Positions 9,301-18,245 of a stretch of DNA of 34,016 bases are shown here, piece after piece. The notes beneath the pieces are model-generated. The model searched no databases and was not told the DNA's origin. It saw nothing but the letters and a program-made list of their open reading frames with translations. Within the stretch, counting starts at the first letter, position 1. Each line of letters begins with the position of its first letter. A program made the position numbers and the translations under genes. Location: the sequence record DRR723986_4745. One strand, 5' to 3'.

Positions 9301-9669
9301 CTAGTCGAGGTCTGAACAGGGAACGACGTGTTTCTGGCCGGCAGCATCCGTTACCTGGCAACCATTGTCGCTGTTCGAACTGGCGATTGCAGATCCGACC
9401 AGCGCACCGGTTGCTGCGCCAACGGCCGCTCCGGCCAGGTAGCCGCCAGTCGGGCCGTAATAGGGGCGGCCGTAGTAGCCATGGCTGCTGTTGTTTTCCA
9501 CCACCACGTTGTGGCCACCATGATATCCGCCATGATACCCGCCGTGATATCCCCCGTGATAACCGCCATGGTATCCGCCGCGGACAACGTCATGGGACAT
9601 TGCGATCCCGCTGCTGCCGAGGAGCAGGGCAGCGCCAACACCAAGAAGTCTGATCGTGCGAAGCCTCAT
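9301..9669 (-). CDS. Small exported Gly/Tyr/His-rich protein with glycine zipper
   Basis: Signal peptide MRLRTIRLLGVGAALLLGSSGIAMS, (GGYH)x5, GAAVGAATGALVG, two C-terminal Cys. ATGA overlap with the upstream gene. Confidence 0.7.
   Translation of the reverse strand: MRLRTIRLLGVGAALLLGSSGIAMSHDVVRGGYHGGYHGGYHGGYHGGYHGGHNVVVENNSSHGYYGRPYYGPTGGYLAGAAVGAATGALVGSAIASSNSDNGCQVTDAAGQKHVVPCSDLD
9520..9579. repeat. Five imperfect 12-bp tandem repeats encoding (GGYH)5
   Basis: atgatatccgcc / atgatacccgcc / gtgatatccccc / gtgataaccgcc / atggtatccgcc. Confidence 0.85.
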
Positions 9670-10019
9670 TCCTTTTCCTCCAGTTCCAGCGTTTCCTTGA
9701 CGTCTTCCCAATAGGCGAGCCGCTCTTCACAGTTGATGCTTTCCAGATCGCGAGCAGAGCCAAAACCGACGGAGGCCGCATAGTCATAGGCGGCATCTTC
9801 ACCGTGGTCGTAAAGGACGTGCACAAACAGGTGGCGGGCCTGGTCACGGAACGCCTTTTTCTGGTCGTCCGGCGTGCAGGCGTAGGCATTGCCGACATCC
9901 AGTCCGAGTGTCCGCATGCGCTCTTCCATGCGTTTTTGAATCTTTTGGGGGTCGTGCGCCAGCGCCGGGCCGGCAAATGCCAATCCTGTCATGAGGGCGA
10001 GGCAAAAAATTCTTTTCAT
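9666..10019 (-). CDS. Hypothetical exported protein
   Basis: Signal peptide ending ALA-H, two Cys, SD AAGGA, co-oriented within the cluster. Confidence 0.7.
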   Translation of the reverse strand: MKRIFCLALMTGLAFAGPALAHDPQKIQKRMEERMRTLGLDVGNAYACTPDDQKKAFRDQARHLFVHVLYDHGEDAAYDYAASVGFGSARDLESINCEERLAYWEDVKETLELEEKE

Positions 10020-10125
10020 GATCTATCCTTGCAGCTTGCATCGCCCCGGTCTGGCCATTCAGGCATTTGTCCCGAAAGCGGTGCAATCCAGTTGCTGTTC
10101 AATTCATGTGTCTTTTCCGGCAAAT

Positions 10126-11121
10126 CTATTCCGGAAAGATCTGCTTCCAATCGTCTTTCATGCTGATGATATGCCAACCTTCCTTCGGGGCGTCGTCCAG
10201 CCCCTTGTTCAGCGACCCGAAATGGGTATCACGATCATAAGCATATTCTCTATCTGCATCATCATGATGGACAAACATGCCGAGGCGCTTGCCGGAGCCT
10301 GCGGTCGTGTACTGCAGCATCTGATAATCGCCGTCGGAGTTGCCGAAGGCTGCCAACGGACGCTTGCCGATGTGGGTGAGGATGCCGACAGGTTTACCAG
10401 CCTTGTCGTCGACAAAGGCAATCTTGGGTGTCCGCATCAAGGTGGGAACGCCGTCGACAACCTTGTATTCAGTGACAATCGATGAGCCGACCACCTGTTC
10501 GGTTGGTATCCCGTAAACGCTCTCCGTCCAGGGGCGCATGAATTCGATGCCGCCACCGGAAACGATGAAGGTCTTGAAGTCGTTTGCGCGCAGATAGGCG
10601 AGAAGTTCCAGCATCGGCTGATAGACAAGCTCGGTGTAGGGCTTGTCGAATTTCGGGTGCCTGGCAGTTGCGATCCAGTCGGTGACCGTCTTTTCGAACT
10701 CGGCAGTGCTCATGCTGGCATGAGTGACAGCGAGGATCTCCATCAATCCCTTTTCACCGGCCTTGCCGAGGGCTTCCATGTCGTTTTCGAGAACGGCCTG
10801 GTAAGGCTGGGTCGTCTTCCATTCCGGGTGGTCCGGCGCCAATGCCTTCACCCGGTCAAATGCGAAGGCAAGCTGGGTGTACATGGGATGCTCGACCCAC
10901 AAGGTGCCATCATTGTCGAAGGTTGCGATCCGCTCTCCCGGTGCCACGAAATCCGCGCCACCTTCGCTCGTTACGGCTTCGACGAATTCGACGATCGCCT
11001 GCTTGTTCGCGCCATCGTTCCACGATGGCAGCGGGTCGGTTTGTGCAAGGGCACCCGATATCCAGACGCTTGCTCCCAACAGGCCGGAGACCATTGCGCC
11101 GAAGAGGAATTTGACCTTCAT
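10126..11121 (-). CDS. Exported HAD-superfamily hydrolase (nonspecific acid phosphatase-like)
   Basis: Signal peptide. Motif I TFDNDGTLW, motif II IVSGG, motifs III/IV GKP...AFGNSDGD. Confidence 0.9.
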   Translation of the reverse strand: MKVKFLFGAMVSGLLGASVWISGALAQTDPLPSWNDGANKQAIVEFVEAVTSEGGADFVAPGERIATFDNDGTLWVEHPMYTQLAFAFDRVKALAPDHPEWKTTQPYQAVLENDMEALGKAGEKGLMEILAVTHASMSTAEFEKTVTDWIATARHPKFDKPYTELVYQPMLELLAYLRANDFKTFIVSGGGIEFMRPWTESVYGIPTEQVVGSSIVTEYKVVDGVPTLMRTPKIAFVDDKAGKPVGILTHIGKRPLAAFGNSDGDYQMLQYTTAGSGKRLGMFVHHDDADREYAYDRDTHFGSLNKGLDDAPKEGWHIISMKDDWKQIFPE

Positions 11122-11204
11122 AGCTGCACCCTTCCAAATTCGTATTGTTCAACGCGATGTCCGCCCCGGACGTCGCCGGGGCGGACACTCATTTACTTCG
11201 AAGA

Positions 11205-12851
11205 TCAGTTGCCCGTTGGCAGGCCGATCGAGAAGCCGTCCTTGGCAAGAGCCTCCTGAACATATTTGAACCGCTGATACTGGCTGAGCGTGATCGGACC
11301 TGTATAGGTTTCCGACTGCAGCTTGCGTGGCGGATATTTGACGTAGGACTTCATGAGTTCCGTCACCTCGTTGTTGATCACCGGCAAATACCAGGTGCGT
11401 TCGGTGAAGTTGTTCATGAACATGTCATAGCGCTCCTGCGGATCGTCCAGCAGGTTGAACACCTGCGGAACAGTAGCAACATAGCTGTCGGGACCCTTCC
11501 AGCCAAGGTTGCTGTCGACTGCCAAGCCGCCGGTGGTTGCGCCATCGTCGCCGCGCAGGTTGAAAACGGCCTTGTAGTTGCCGACACGCGCTGCCCCTGG
11601 GGAAAGCTCGTTCTCGGTGAAATAGAACCACGCTTTGCGGCCAGAGTCTCCGGAACCTTCCCATACAGGTGTCATGTCGTAGCTGTCGAACATGATCGGC
11701 TGGCCTTCGCGGTCTTCGGTCGGCAGCGTAATGCCGGCGGCAGAAGCGAAAGTGGCCATCAGGTCGAGACCGCCGACAACAGCGGCACTTTTCGTGTCCG
11801 GTTTGACGTGACCGGGCCAGCGGACGATTGCCGGAACGCGGTTGCCGCCTTCACGCACGGTGCCTTTGGTGCCGCGGAACGGCGTATAACCGGCGTCCGG
11901 ATAAACGTCCTGCCAGGCGCCGTTGTCCGTGGTCCAGAAGACAATCGTATTGTCGGAGAGACCGAGCTCGTCGAGTTTATTGACCAGATTGCCGATGCGG
12001 CTGTCCAGTTCGACGACGGAGTCTGCATATTTGGTCTTGGAGATCGATTTTCCTTCAAATTCCGGCGCCGGCATGTTCGGCTGGTGCACCTTCATGAAGT
12101 TGACGTTGATGAAGAACGGCGTGTCCGGTTTCTTGGCGGCTTCTTCCAGAAACTCGAGCCCCGCCTTTTCGACGTAGCCATCGAAATAGGGAATACCGAC
12201 CACACCCTTGTCCGGCGTATCGACGTATTGGCCGTTGATCTTGAAGTCCTCTGTCGGCTTTTCACCTGCCTTGCCGGAAAGCGACCCCTTTGTGACCTTC
12301 GCGAACATTTCGCGCAGGTCCTTCGGCATATCCGGGAACCAGGTCGGATCGGCATAGGTGTAGGCGTTGAGGTGGTAAAGACCGACGTATTTCATCACGT
12401 CATAGCCCTGGGCATTTGGCAGCGCGTAGTCCGCTTCACCAAGGTGCCATTTGCCGGTGAAATAGGTGTCGTAGCCACCGGTTTTCAGAACCGACGCCAA
12501 TGTCCACTCGGCAGCGGGAAGGCCGCCACCCTGGCCCTGGAAGGCCACCGTTGTCATGCCGGACCGGTTGGGAATACGGCCTGTCTGCATGGCGGCACGT
12601 CCCGGCGTGCAGCTGGGTTGGGCGTAGAAATGCGTGAACATCATGCCGTCGTCAGCCAGCTTGTCGATGTTCGGCGTCGGCATGCCGCGGGCTTCACCGC
12701 CCAGATACGGGCCAGTGTCGCCGTAGCCGGTGTCGTCCGACACAATGAAGAGGATGTTGGGCTTCTTTGCGTCTAGCGCGAAGGCGACACCTGACAGCGC
12801 TGTGCAGGCCATGCCTGCGACCGCCAGTCCGGTTACTATTCTGGTCAACAT
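11205..12851 (-). CDS. Exported Cys-type arylsulfatase
   Basis: Signal peptide, KPNILFIVSDD, formylglycine motif SCTPGRAAMQTGR (CxPxR), GKWHLG, TTDNG, KGTVREGG. Confidence 0.95.
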   Translation of the reverse strand: MLTRIVTGLAVAGMACTALSGVAFALDAKKPNILFIVSDDTGYGDTGPYLGGEARGMPTPNIDKLADDGMMFTHFYAQPSCTPGRAAMQTGRIPNRSGMTTVAFQGQGGGLPAAEWTLASVLKTGGYDTYFTGKWHLGEADYALPNAQGYDVMKYVGLYHLNAYTYADPTWFPDMPKDLREMFAKVTKGSLSGKAGEKPTEDFKINGQYVDTPDKGVVGIPYFDGYVEKAGLEFLEEAAKKPDTPFFINVNFMKVHQPNMPAPEFEGKSISKTKYADSVVELDSRIGNLVNKLDELGLSDNTIVFWTTDNGAWQDVYPDAGYTPFRGTKGTVREGGNRVPAIVRWPGHVKPDTKSAAVVGGLDLMATFASAAGITLPTEDREGQPIMFDSYDMTPVWEGSGDSGRKAWFYFTENELSPGAARVGNYKAVFNLRGDDGATTGGLAVDSNLGWKGPDSYVATVPQVFNLLDDPQERYDMFMNNFTERTWYLPVINNEVTELMKSYVKYPPRKLQSETYTGPITLSQYQRFKYVQEALAKDGFSIGLPTGN

Positions 12852-12853
12852 AC

Positions 12854-13132
12854 CTAATGGCTCCTTTTTGGACCATTCGTGGAGTAGGCCGATGACGGCC
12901 CGTCGATAGGTGCGCTTCCGGTCAGGAAGCTTGAAATTTCCCGTTCAAGTTCTTCAATCACGGAGCGATAGTCGGCAGCCTTTGCTTCATCGTTCCGCCA
13001 GCGTTCGAGGGCGCAACATGCGGTTGCGTAGTCCTCGCACAGTGACAAGAAGGCAGGATGAGTGTTGCAGAGGCGGCGGACAGCGAGTTCGTCCACATTG
13101 AAACGACGCATGATGAGAGCTGCTGTCGGCAT
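12854..13132 (-). CDS. Small hypothetical protein heading the sulfatase operon
   Basis: Helical protein with 'AFLSLCEDY...ALERW...YRSVIEELEREI'. Its stop lies 2 nt before the sulfatase ATG. Confidence 0.65.
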   Translation of the reverse strand: MPTAALIMRRFNVDELAVRRLCNTHPAFLSLCEDYATACCALERWRNDEAKAADYRSVIEELEREISSFLTGSAPIDGPSSAYSTNGPKRSH

Positions 13133-13206
13133 GACGACAATGCCCCGTTGTCGATGGCTCCAGGAAAATTCCTCCAGGATTACGTACGGGATTCAAGCCG
13201 GTTACA

Positions 13207-13229
13207 AGGTATGAACAGGTACGAACAGG
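13207..13229. promoter_or_regulatory. 10-bp tandem direct repeat, candidate winged-helix operator
   Basis: AGGTATGAAC AGGTACGAAC AGG in the divergent promoter region. CTCCAGGA also occurs twice (13158, 13172). Confidence 0.4.
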
Positions 13230-13348
13230 AGTCTTATGCAATCTGTTGTTCGTCTTTTTGCGTTAAGTCACTTGTTAAAGATGACAAAGCTCATGGCATT
13301 GGACTATCGTTCGGTTAAAGTTATTTTCCGGCCCTTTCAGGGGGAAAG

Positions 13349-15151
13349 ATGCGGACTGGCAGGCAACAAATAGTTGCAGCGGGAGATGTGGAGGAGTTCG
13401 ATTGCCCGGCCCGCGTTCGGGAGGAACTATCCCGTGTCCTGCAAAGCGATCATTTTCACGCAACCCCCAAGCGCCGTGCCATGTTGACGTTCCTGATCGA
13501 GGAAGCGTTGGCCGGGCGCGCGGACACCTTGAAGGGCTACGCTATCGGATTGGCTGTCTTCGGACGTGACGAGAGCTTCGATCCGCAGTCAGATCCGATC
13601 GTGCGTCTGGAGGCTCGCCGTCTGCGCCATGATCTGGACAGCTACTATATTGCCGAAGGTGCGCGAAATCCGATCCGGATTTCCATTCCCAAGGGCCAGT
13701 ACGCACCGAAGTTTCACGACAATCTGGCTAGTGTAACTGCACGGGACGGCTCGACCACCGGCAACGGCGAGACGGCGGCTTCTGATGTGCCGGAAGAGAC
13801 CAAAGCGCCACCAAGACCTCCACGAACCTCGCCCAGGCTGCCTTGGCTGGTTGCCGGAGGAGCAGTCCTGTTGGCACTCCTGGCTCTTGGAGCGCTTGTC
13901 GTGATGCACTTCGTGCCGGTACAGCAGGAGCGTCTCGAGGCTTCGAAACCGTCCGTGATGGTTCTTCCATTCAGCGTGACGTCGACGGATCCAGAACAAC
14001 AGATACTGGCGGCGGGTATTGCCGAGCAGATCATGACTGCCCTGAGCCGGTTTCCGGACTTCCGTATTTTCTGGCCCCCCGTCGGAACCAAGACAGCCGA
14101 AACCTTTGACCCGGTTGAAATCGGCCGGCGAGAAAACGTCTCATTCCTGATTACCGGGTCTGTCGGATCGGAAGACGGGCTCATCCGTGTCAGTGCGAAA
14201 CTGGTGCACAGCTCCAGCAAGCGGGTGCTCTGGTCGGGCAGCTACGATCGCATTCGCAGCCGAACAACCCTGCTGGAAATCGAAAAAAGCATCGCTTCGG
14301 AAATCGCGACCATTGCCGGTCAGCCCTACGGTGTTATCAAGTCGGAACTTGCCGGTAGCCTGCCTGTCGGAAGTGAACCGAGCAACGACAGTTTCGAATG
14401 TGTGCTGCGTGGCTACGTCTATCGCAGGAACTTTTCAAGGCAACTGCACGCGACAGTCCAGGAGTGCCTGAACAGCGCAGTCAAACGTGACCCGGGTTAT
14501 GTCGAAGCCTGGGCCATGCTGGGCTGGCTCTATCTGGATTCTGCACGCTTCGGTTTGGTCGCAGTTGGAAAAAAGGAACTTGCCTTCGACAGCGCCCTGA
14601 ACGCCGCGTCACATGCCCTCAGTCTCGATGGCGACAACATTCTCGCACTCAAGGCACTTTCCTCGATCAATCATTACATGGGAAATATCGAGGAAGGGGA
14701 AAGGCTCGCCAAGAAGGCGCTCGACCTCAATCCCAACGATCCGGACACGCTGGCCCAACTGGGCTGGCGACTGGCCGTGGTGGGCAAGTTCGAGGAAGGC
14801 ATTCCCTATCTGGAAAAGGCGATCGAGCGTACTCGGAACGCGCCTGGATGGTATTTTCACCTGATTGCCATAAACCACATGCTGAACGGCCGCTACGCCG
14901 AGATGCTGACAGCGGCGAAGAAGGGTGTTCTGGACGGATCAGGGGTGAGCTGGTGCCTCGTTGCTGTTGCCCAATCGAAACTTGGCAACAAGGCGGCAGC
15001 TCGTGCTGCGTTGGAAAAGATGGCGGACGTTTCTCCCGGCCTGGGCCGTGACCCAGGTACTTTCCTGCGCTCCCATCAGGCGAGCGAGCAGATTGTCAGT
15101 TCCCTGATGGCAGGACTGAGAGAAGCAGGCTGGACCGCCGCTGGCGGATAG
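13349..15151 (+). CDS. Membrane-anchored TolB-N/TPR protein with N-terminal wHTH-like domain (often labelled 'adenylate cyclase', but no cyclase domain is visible)
   Basis: N-terminal 'LKGYAIGLAVFGRDESFDPQSDPIVRLEARRLR...YY...ISIPKGQYAP', one TM segment (WLVAGG...VVMHF), 'PSVMVLPF' TolB-like domain, TPRs (ALDLNPND). Confidence 0.8.
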   Translation: MRTGRQQIVAAGDVEEFDCPARVREELSRVLQSDHFHATPKRRAMLTFLIEEALAGRADTLKGYAIGLAVFGRDESFDPQSDPIVRLEARRLRHDLDSYYIAEGARNPIRISIPKGQYAPKFHDNLASVTARDGSTTGNGETAASDVPEETKAPPRPPRTSPRLPWLVAGGAVLLALLALGALVVMHFVPVQQERLEASKPSVMVLPFSVTSTDPEQQILAAGIAEQIMTALSRFPDFRIFWPPVGTKTAETFDPVEIGRRENVSFLITGSVGSEDGLIRVSAKLVHSSSKRVLWSGSYDRIRSRTTLLEIEKSIASEIATIAGQPYGVIKSELAGSLPVGSEPSNDSFECVLRGYVYRRNFSRQLHATVQECLNSAVKRDPGYVEAWAMLGWLYLDSARFGLVAVGKKELAFDSALNAASHALSLDGDNILALKALSSINHYMGNIEEGERLAKKALDLNPNDPDTLAQLGWRLAVVGKFEEGIPYLEKAIERTRNAPGWYFHLIAINHMLNGRYAEMLTAAKKGVLDGSGVSWCLVAVAQSKLGNKAAARAALEKMADVSPGLGRDPGTFLRSHQASEQIVSSLMAGLREAGWTAAGG

Positions 15152-15280
15152 TGAGGTCCGGCAATTTTTTTTCATCAGTAAAGCTCGTCGGCTGGCGAAG
15201 CAGCTCGGAAGCTTTCCGGGACGGTTGTGCTGTTTGCGGCAGCCGTTCCGGAAAGCGTGTTCTGAACTAGTCGCGGGCGG

Positions 15281-15508
15281 TTAGCAGCCCGGTGTCATCG
15301 AAGTGCCTTCGGACATTTCGCCTGCGCAAGCGTCCGGGTCGCCATCCGGGCCCTGGTCTACTGAACTCAGGCCGCCGATCGGAGGCGCCGCGCTACCGTT
15401 CTCCAGGCCGTCGCCGGACTGGTTGCTGGATTGGCAGCCGCCCAGGGCCAGAAGCGAAATCAGAAAGGCAGCAGAGAAAAATCTTACAATCATATTGGTC
15501 ACTCGCAT
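15281..15508 (-). CDS. Small putative lipoprotein
   Basis: Hydrophobic signal ending in lipobox-like LGGC, then a low-complexity mature part with two more Cys. Confidence 0.6.
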   Translation of the reverse strand: MRVTNMIVRFFSAAFLISLLALGGCQSSNQSGDGLENGSAAPPIGGLSSVDQGPDGDPDACAGEMSEGTSMTPGC

Positions 15509-15675
15509 GCGCCGCAGATGGCGGGAGTTGGAAGGCGGGGCGCAAGTACGTGCTTTTCGCGTAATGAACTTCTTGCGCTCGTATTGATTGTCACGATTTT
15601 TTGTTTTGCTGCAATAGCCCCATCGGTACAGGCGCCCGATTTATCTGGCGGTTTGCGTTCTAAGGGGGGCTTTTG

Positions 15676-16365
15676 TCAGTCACCGGCCACGAAGTAATGA
15701 AGCGTGCCGTCAGGACCGATGCCGACGCGATAAAACGTCCAGGCTCCGAAATCCTGCATTTCAGCAAAGTCGCCTGCGGTAACGATCCGGAACAACTCCA
15801 CTTTCTGATCGGGTGTCAGATCGTGAAGGGGGTAACGGGCAAAATACGGCCAGAGATACATTTCCTGGGGTGTGCCTGCATCCACATGCAAAAACCCTGC
15901 ATCCATGATGTCGGCGAGAATGGCCAGGATCTCGAAGCCTTCTCCGTCACCGGAGATCTCCTTCAGAAAGTCTATCGGGTCGTCGATTTGCCCGAACGAG
16001 ACCGTAGGAGGCAGTTCGTTGCTCTCGAACACCATGCGCAGCCGTTCCATGTTGCCCGAAAGCGCTGCTTCCTTCAGCTGGGCCTGCATGCGCTGCACAG
16101 GCTTTGGCAGATAGGACGTGCTGTAGAGCACCTGAGGCAACTCGGCGCTGGCCGGCGCAGGTGCTTTGGAACCTTCTGCGGCTGCCGGCTCCCCGGCTTC
16201 GGGCGCGGCGAGGTCTTCCGCCGGAATTGAGGGTGCATTTTCAGGCTCGGACGGCGCAACCGGAATTGTTTCCACCTGGACAGTCTTGGCGAAACCCGGG
16301 GCTGCGAGCGCTGTGCCCGCCAGAAGAGCGGCGGCAATAACCGCAGCCTGATAAATCCGACTCAT
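15676..16365 (-). CDS. Conserved exported hypothetical protein
   Basis: Signal peptide from MSRIYQAAVIAA, Pro/Ala/Glu linker, then 'YLWPYFA...FYRVGIGPDG..HYFVAGD' domain. Confidence 0.8.
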   Translation of the reverse strand: MSRIYQAAVIAAALLAGTALAAPGFAKTVQVETIPVAPSEPENAPSIPAEDLAAPEAGEPAAAEGSKAPAPASAELPQVLYSTSYLPKPVQRMQAQLKEAALSGNMERLRMVFESNELPPTVSFGQIDDPIDFLKEISGDGEGFEILAILADIMDAGFLHVDAGTPQEMYLWPYFARYPLHDLTPDQKVELFRIVTAGDFAEMQDFGAWTFYRVGIGPDGTLHYFVAGD

Positions 16366-16576
16366 GAAAGTTCCTCGTTTATCCGCAACTGCCGGTCCCC
16401 GTCGTATAACACTGGCACAAGCAGGCATCGCCCCGCGCCTTTCCTTAAACAATTCATGCGAGGCTGAAAACATCGGGACTGGAATTTCCTCTTGTCTTGT
16501 CACGACGCCGCGGGGCCGCTATCGAGAGGTCCGTTCGCTTTAAAAGTAATATCAAGGGTCTAGAAAAGGACCGGCC

Positions 16577-17230
16577 GTGTCGTTTTTCGAATATGCACTG
16601 ATCGGGTTTTTTGTTGGCATTATCACAACAGCCCCGGTTGGTCCTGTAAACATCATGGCCATTCAACACGCTGTGCATGGCGGGTTTCGACAGGGTGTCT
16701 TCGTGGGGCTGGGGGCTGTCGTTGCCGACACCATCTTTGCGGCTGCTGCGATTTTCGGCATCTCCGCGGTCACCAATTTCATCGAAGGCCAGTTCGACCT
16801 CATCGAGATCGTCGGCGGAGCTCTGCTGATCATTTTCGGCATCAAGATCTGGAACACCCATCCGCATCTGACCCGGAACGGCAATCCGAGAGAACATGGA
16901 TTTTTGGCCGATGCCACCGCAGCCTTTTTCATGGCGATCACCAATCCGGGTGCAGTGCTTGCCTTCGTGGCGATATTTGGTGGTCTCGGAGATTATCGCC
17001 CCCAGACGGGGGATCATTTCGGCGCATTGGTGATGGTTGCCGGTGTCACGGCAGGGGCGACCACCTGGTGGGTGCTCGTCTCGGCATCCGTTTCACACTT
17101 CAAGTCGCGTATCGACGATCTCTGGCTGGATCGTGCCAACCATATTGCCGGATTTCTGCTGGTCGTGTTCGGCGCGCTGATTTATCTCAAGCTGGCGCTC
17201 GAAGCGGCAGGCGTTGGGCTGATCACGTAG
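16577..17230 (+). CDS. LysE/RhtB family translocator
   Basis: APVGPVN, G..VGLGAVVAD, ITNP, six hydrophobic segments. Confidence 0.9.
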   Translation: MSFFEYALIGFFVGIITTAPVGPVNIMAIQHAVHGGFRQGVFVGLGAVVADTIFAAAAIFGISAVTNFIEGQFDLIEIVGGALLIIFGIKIWNTHPHLTRNGNPREHGFLADATAAFFMAITNPGAVLAFVAIFGGLGDYRPQTGDHFGALVMVAGVTAGATTWWVLVSASVSHFKSRIDDLWLDRANHIAGFLLVVFGALIYLKLALEAAGVGLIT

Positions 17231-17259
17231 CACGGGCCAAGCGTAAATACACCTGAATC

Positions 17260-17284
17260 AAAAAGGCCGGGCGACCGGCCTCTT
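17260..17284. terminator. Rho-independent terminator between convergent genes
   Basis: AAAAAGGCCGG-gcga-CCGGCCTCTT. Confidence 0.7.
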
Positions 17285-17310
17285 CAGAATGCGTGTCGTG
17301 AGCGTGCGTT

Positions 17311-17583
17311 TTACTGAAGTACGCGGTTCACGGTGTAGTCGCCCTGCAGGATGCGGTCCGGCAGGCCTTCAGCCAATTTGGCCACGGCATCTTCACCATA
17401 GGCAGCAACCAGATCCGCAAGTGCAGTGAACATCGCCGCGTGAGCGACGGCGTCCGCATCTACACCATTGGCGATGGCTTCGGCCCAGGCGTCGGAAATG
17501 AAGCCGAGTGCAGCACGTCTGATGTCTTCGTCTTCAGCAAATTCGGCTTCCATTGCCGCGTCGGCGTAATCGTCGTTTATCAT
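17311..17583 (-). CDS. Conserved small acidic alphaproteobacterial protein
   Basis: 'AW.EA...GVD.DAVAHAAMFTALADLV..YGEDAVA.LAEGLP.RI..G.Y' pattern. Confidence 0.8.
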   Translation of the reverse strand: MINDDYADAAMEAEFAEDEDIRRAALGFISDAWAEAIANGVDADAVAHAAMFTALADLVAAYGEDAVAKLAEGLPDRILQGDYTVNRVLQ

Positions 17584-17693
17584 TCGCTTCCTTACCGGTC
17601 CTTCCCGAACGCAAGAGGGACAACTCCCGCGTGTTCCTGCCCCGAATCTTGAGTAATGATCCTAGCACGGCGAACCGCGCTGATAAGTAACCG

Positions 17694-17752
17694 TGAACGC
17701 AAACTTAACGGCCACCCACAAATTTGATTCAAAAGGTTAACCAACTCGTAAC
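17694..17752. promoter_or_regulatory. Two near-consensus CtrA boxes
   Basis: TGAA-N7-TTAAC (17694-17709) and TTAA-N7-GTAAC (17737-17752), each one mismatch from TTAA-N7-TTAAC, in an AT-rich promoter region. Confidence 0.45.
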
Positions 17753-17774
17753 GATTTGAAGATTTCTGCGAAAA

Positions 17775-18185
17775 TTACCGACCATAGCGACTGGTGACGT
17801 CGCTGATGATGACCTCGCCTTCGCTCAAGTACTGTCCCATTGCGAGACGGGCAGCCTCTGTGCACTCTCGGTAAGCAACTGAGAAACCACGATAACCCTG
17901 GTTAAATCGCTCAATGAACCTTCGGCGGCGATTCTCGTCCAGCGTTTCAGCGTCCAGGAAATCTTCCATGCGGTCACGCCAGCTCGGGTTATCGCTTTCC
18001 TTGCACAGCGGTCGCAGGAAATGCAGCGCTCCGAATATCTCCGACAGACGCATGAGTTGCTGTTCGTAAGGGGGTGCGTCGATCGCGGTTTCCTGCGCCG
18101 ATACAACCTGCACCGGGCACATGGCCGCAAGGGCCAGAACAACAGCAGTCCGGGACAGGAAAACTTGCGTGCGGCGTCTGATCAT
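17775..18185 (-). CDS. TIGR02301-like exported protein
   Basis: PYEQQLMRLSEIFGALHFLRPLC...WRDRM...FNQGYRGF...Y..CT. Signal peptide follows the inferred ATG 18185. Confidence 0.8.
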   Translation of the reverse strand: MIRRRTQVFLSRTAVVLALAAMCPVQVVSAQETAIDAPPYEQQLMRLSEIFGALHFLRPLCKESDNPSWRDRMEDFLDAETLDENRRRRFIERFNQGYRGFSVAYRECTEAARLAMGQYLSEGEVIISDVTSRYGR

Positions 18186-18245
18186 GGGCGGATCATGCTG
18201 AACCCGGCGCCGCACCGCAAGCACTATGGCAAGTTGATCCAAAGA

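Noticed and set aside
9520-9579. Tandem repeat as a possible CRISPR array
   Set aside because: The 12-bp units have no spacers, lie in frame in a CDS, and there are no cas genes.
11145-12776. 543-aa plus-strand ORF
   Set aside because: Antisense shadow of the arylsulfatase with no recognisable motifs. Such ORFs are expected in GC-rich coding DNA.
13263-13278. TTAA...TTAA as a CtrA box
   Set aside because: The spacing is 8 nt, not the required 7.
13349-15151. Adenylate cyclase call
   Set aside because: No class III cyclase catalytic motifs are visible, only wHTH-like, TM, TolB-N and TPR parts.
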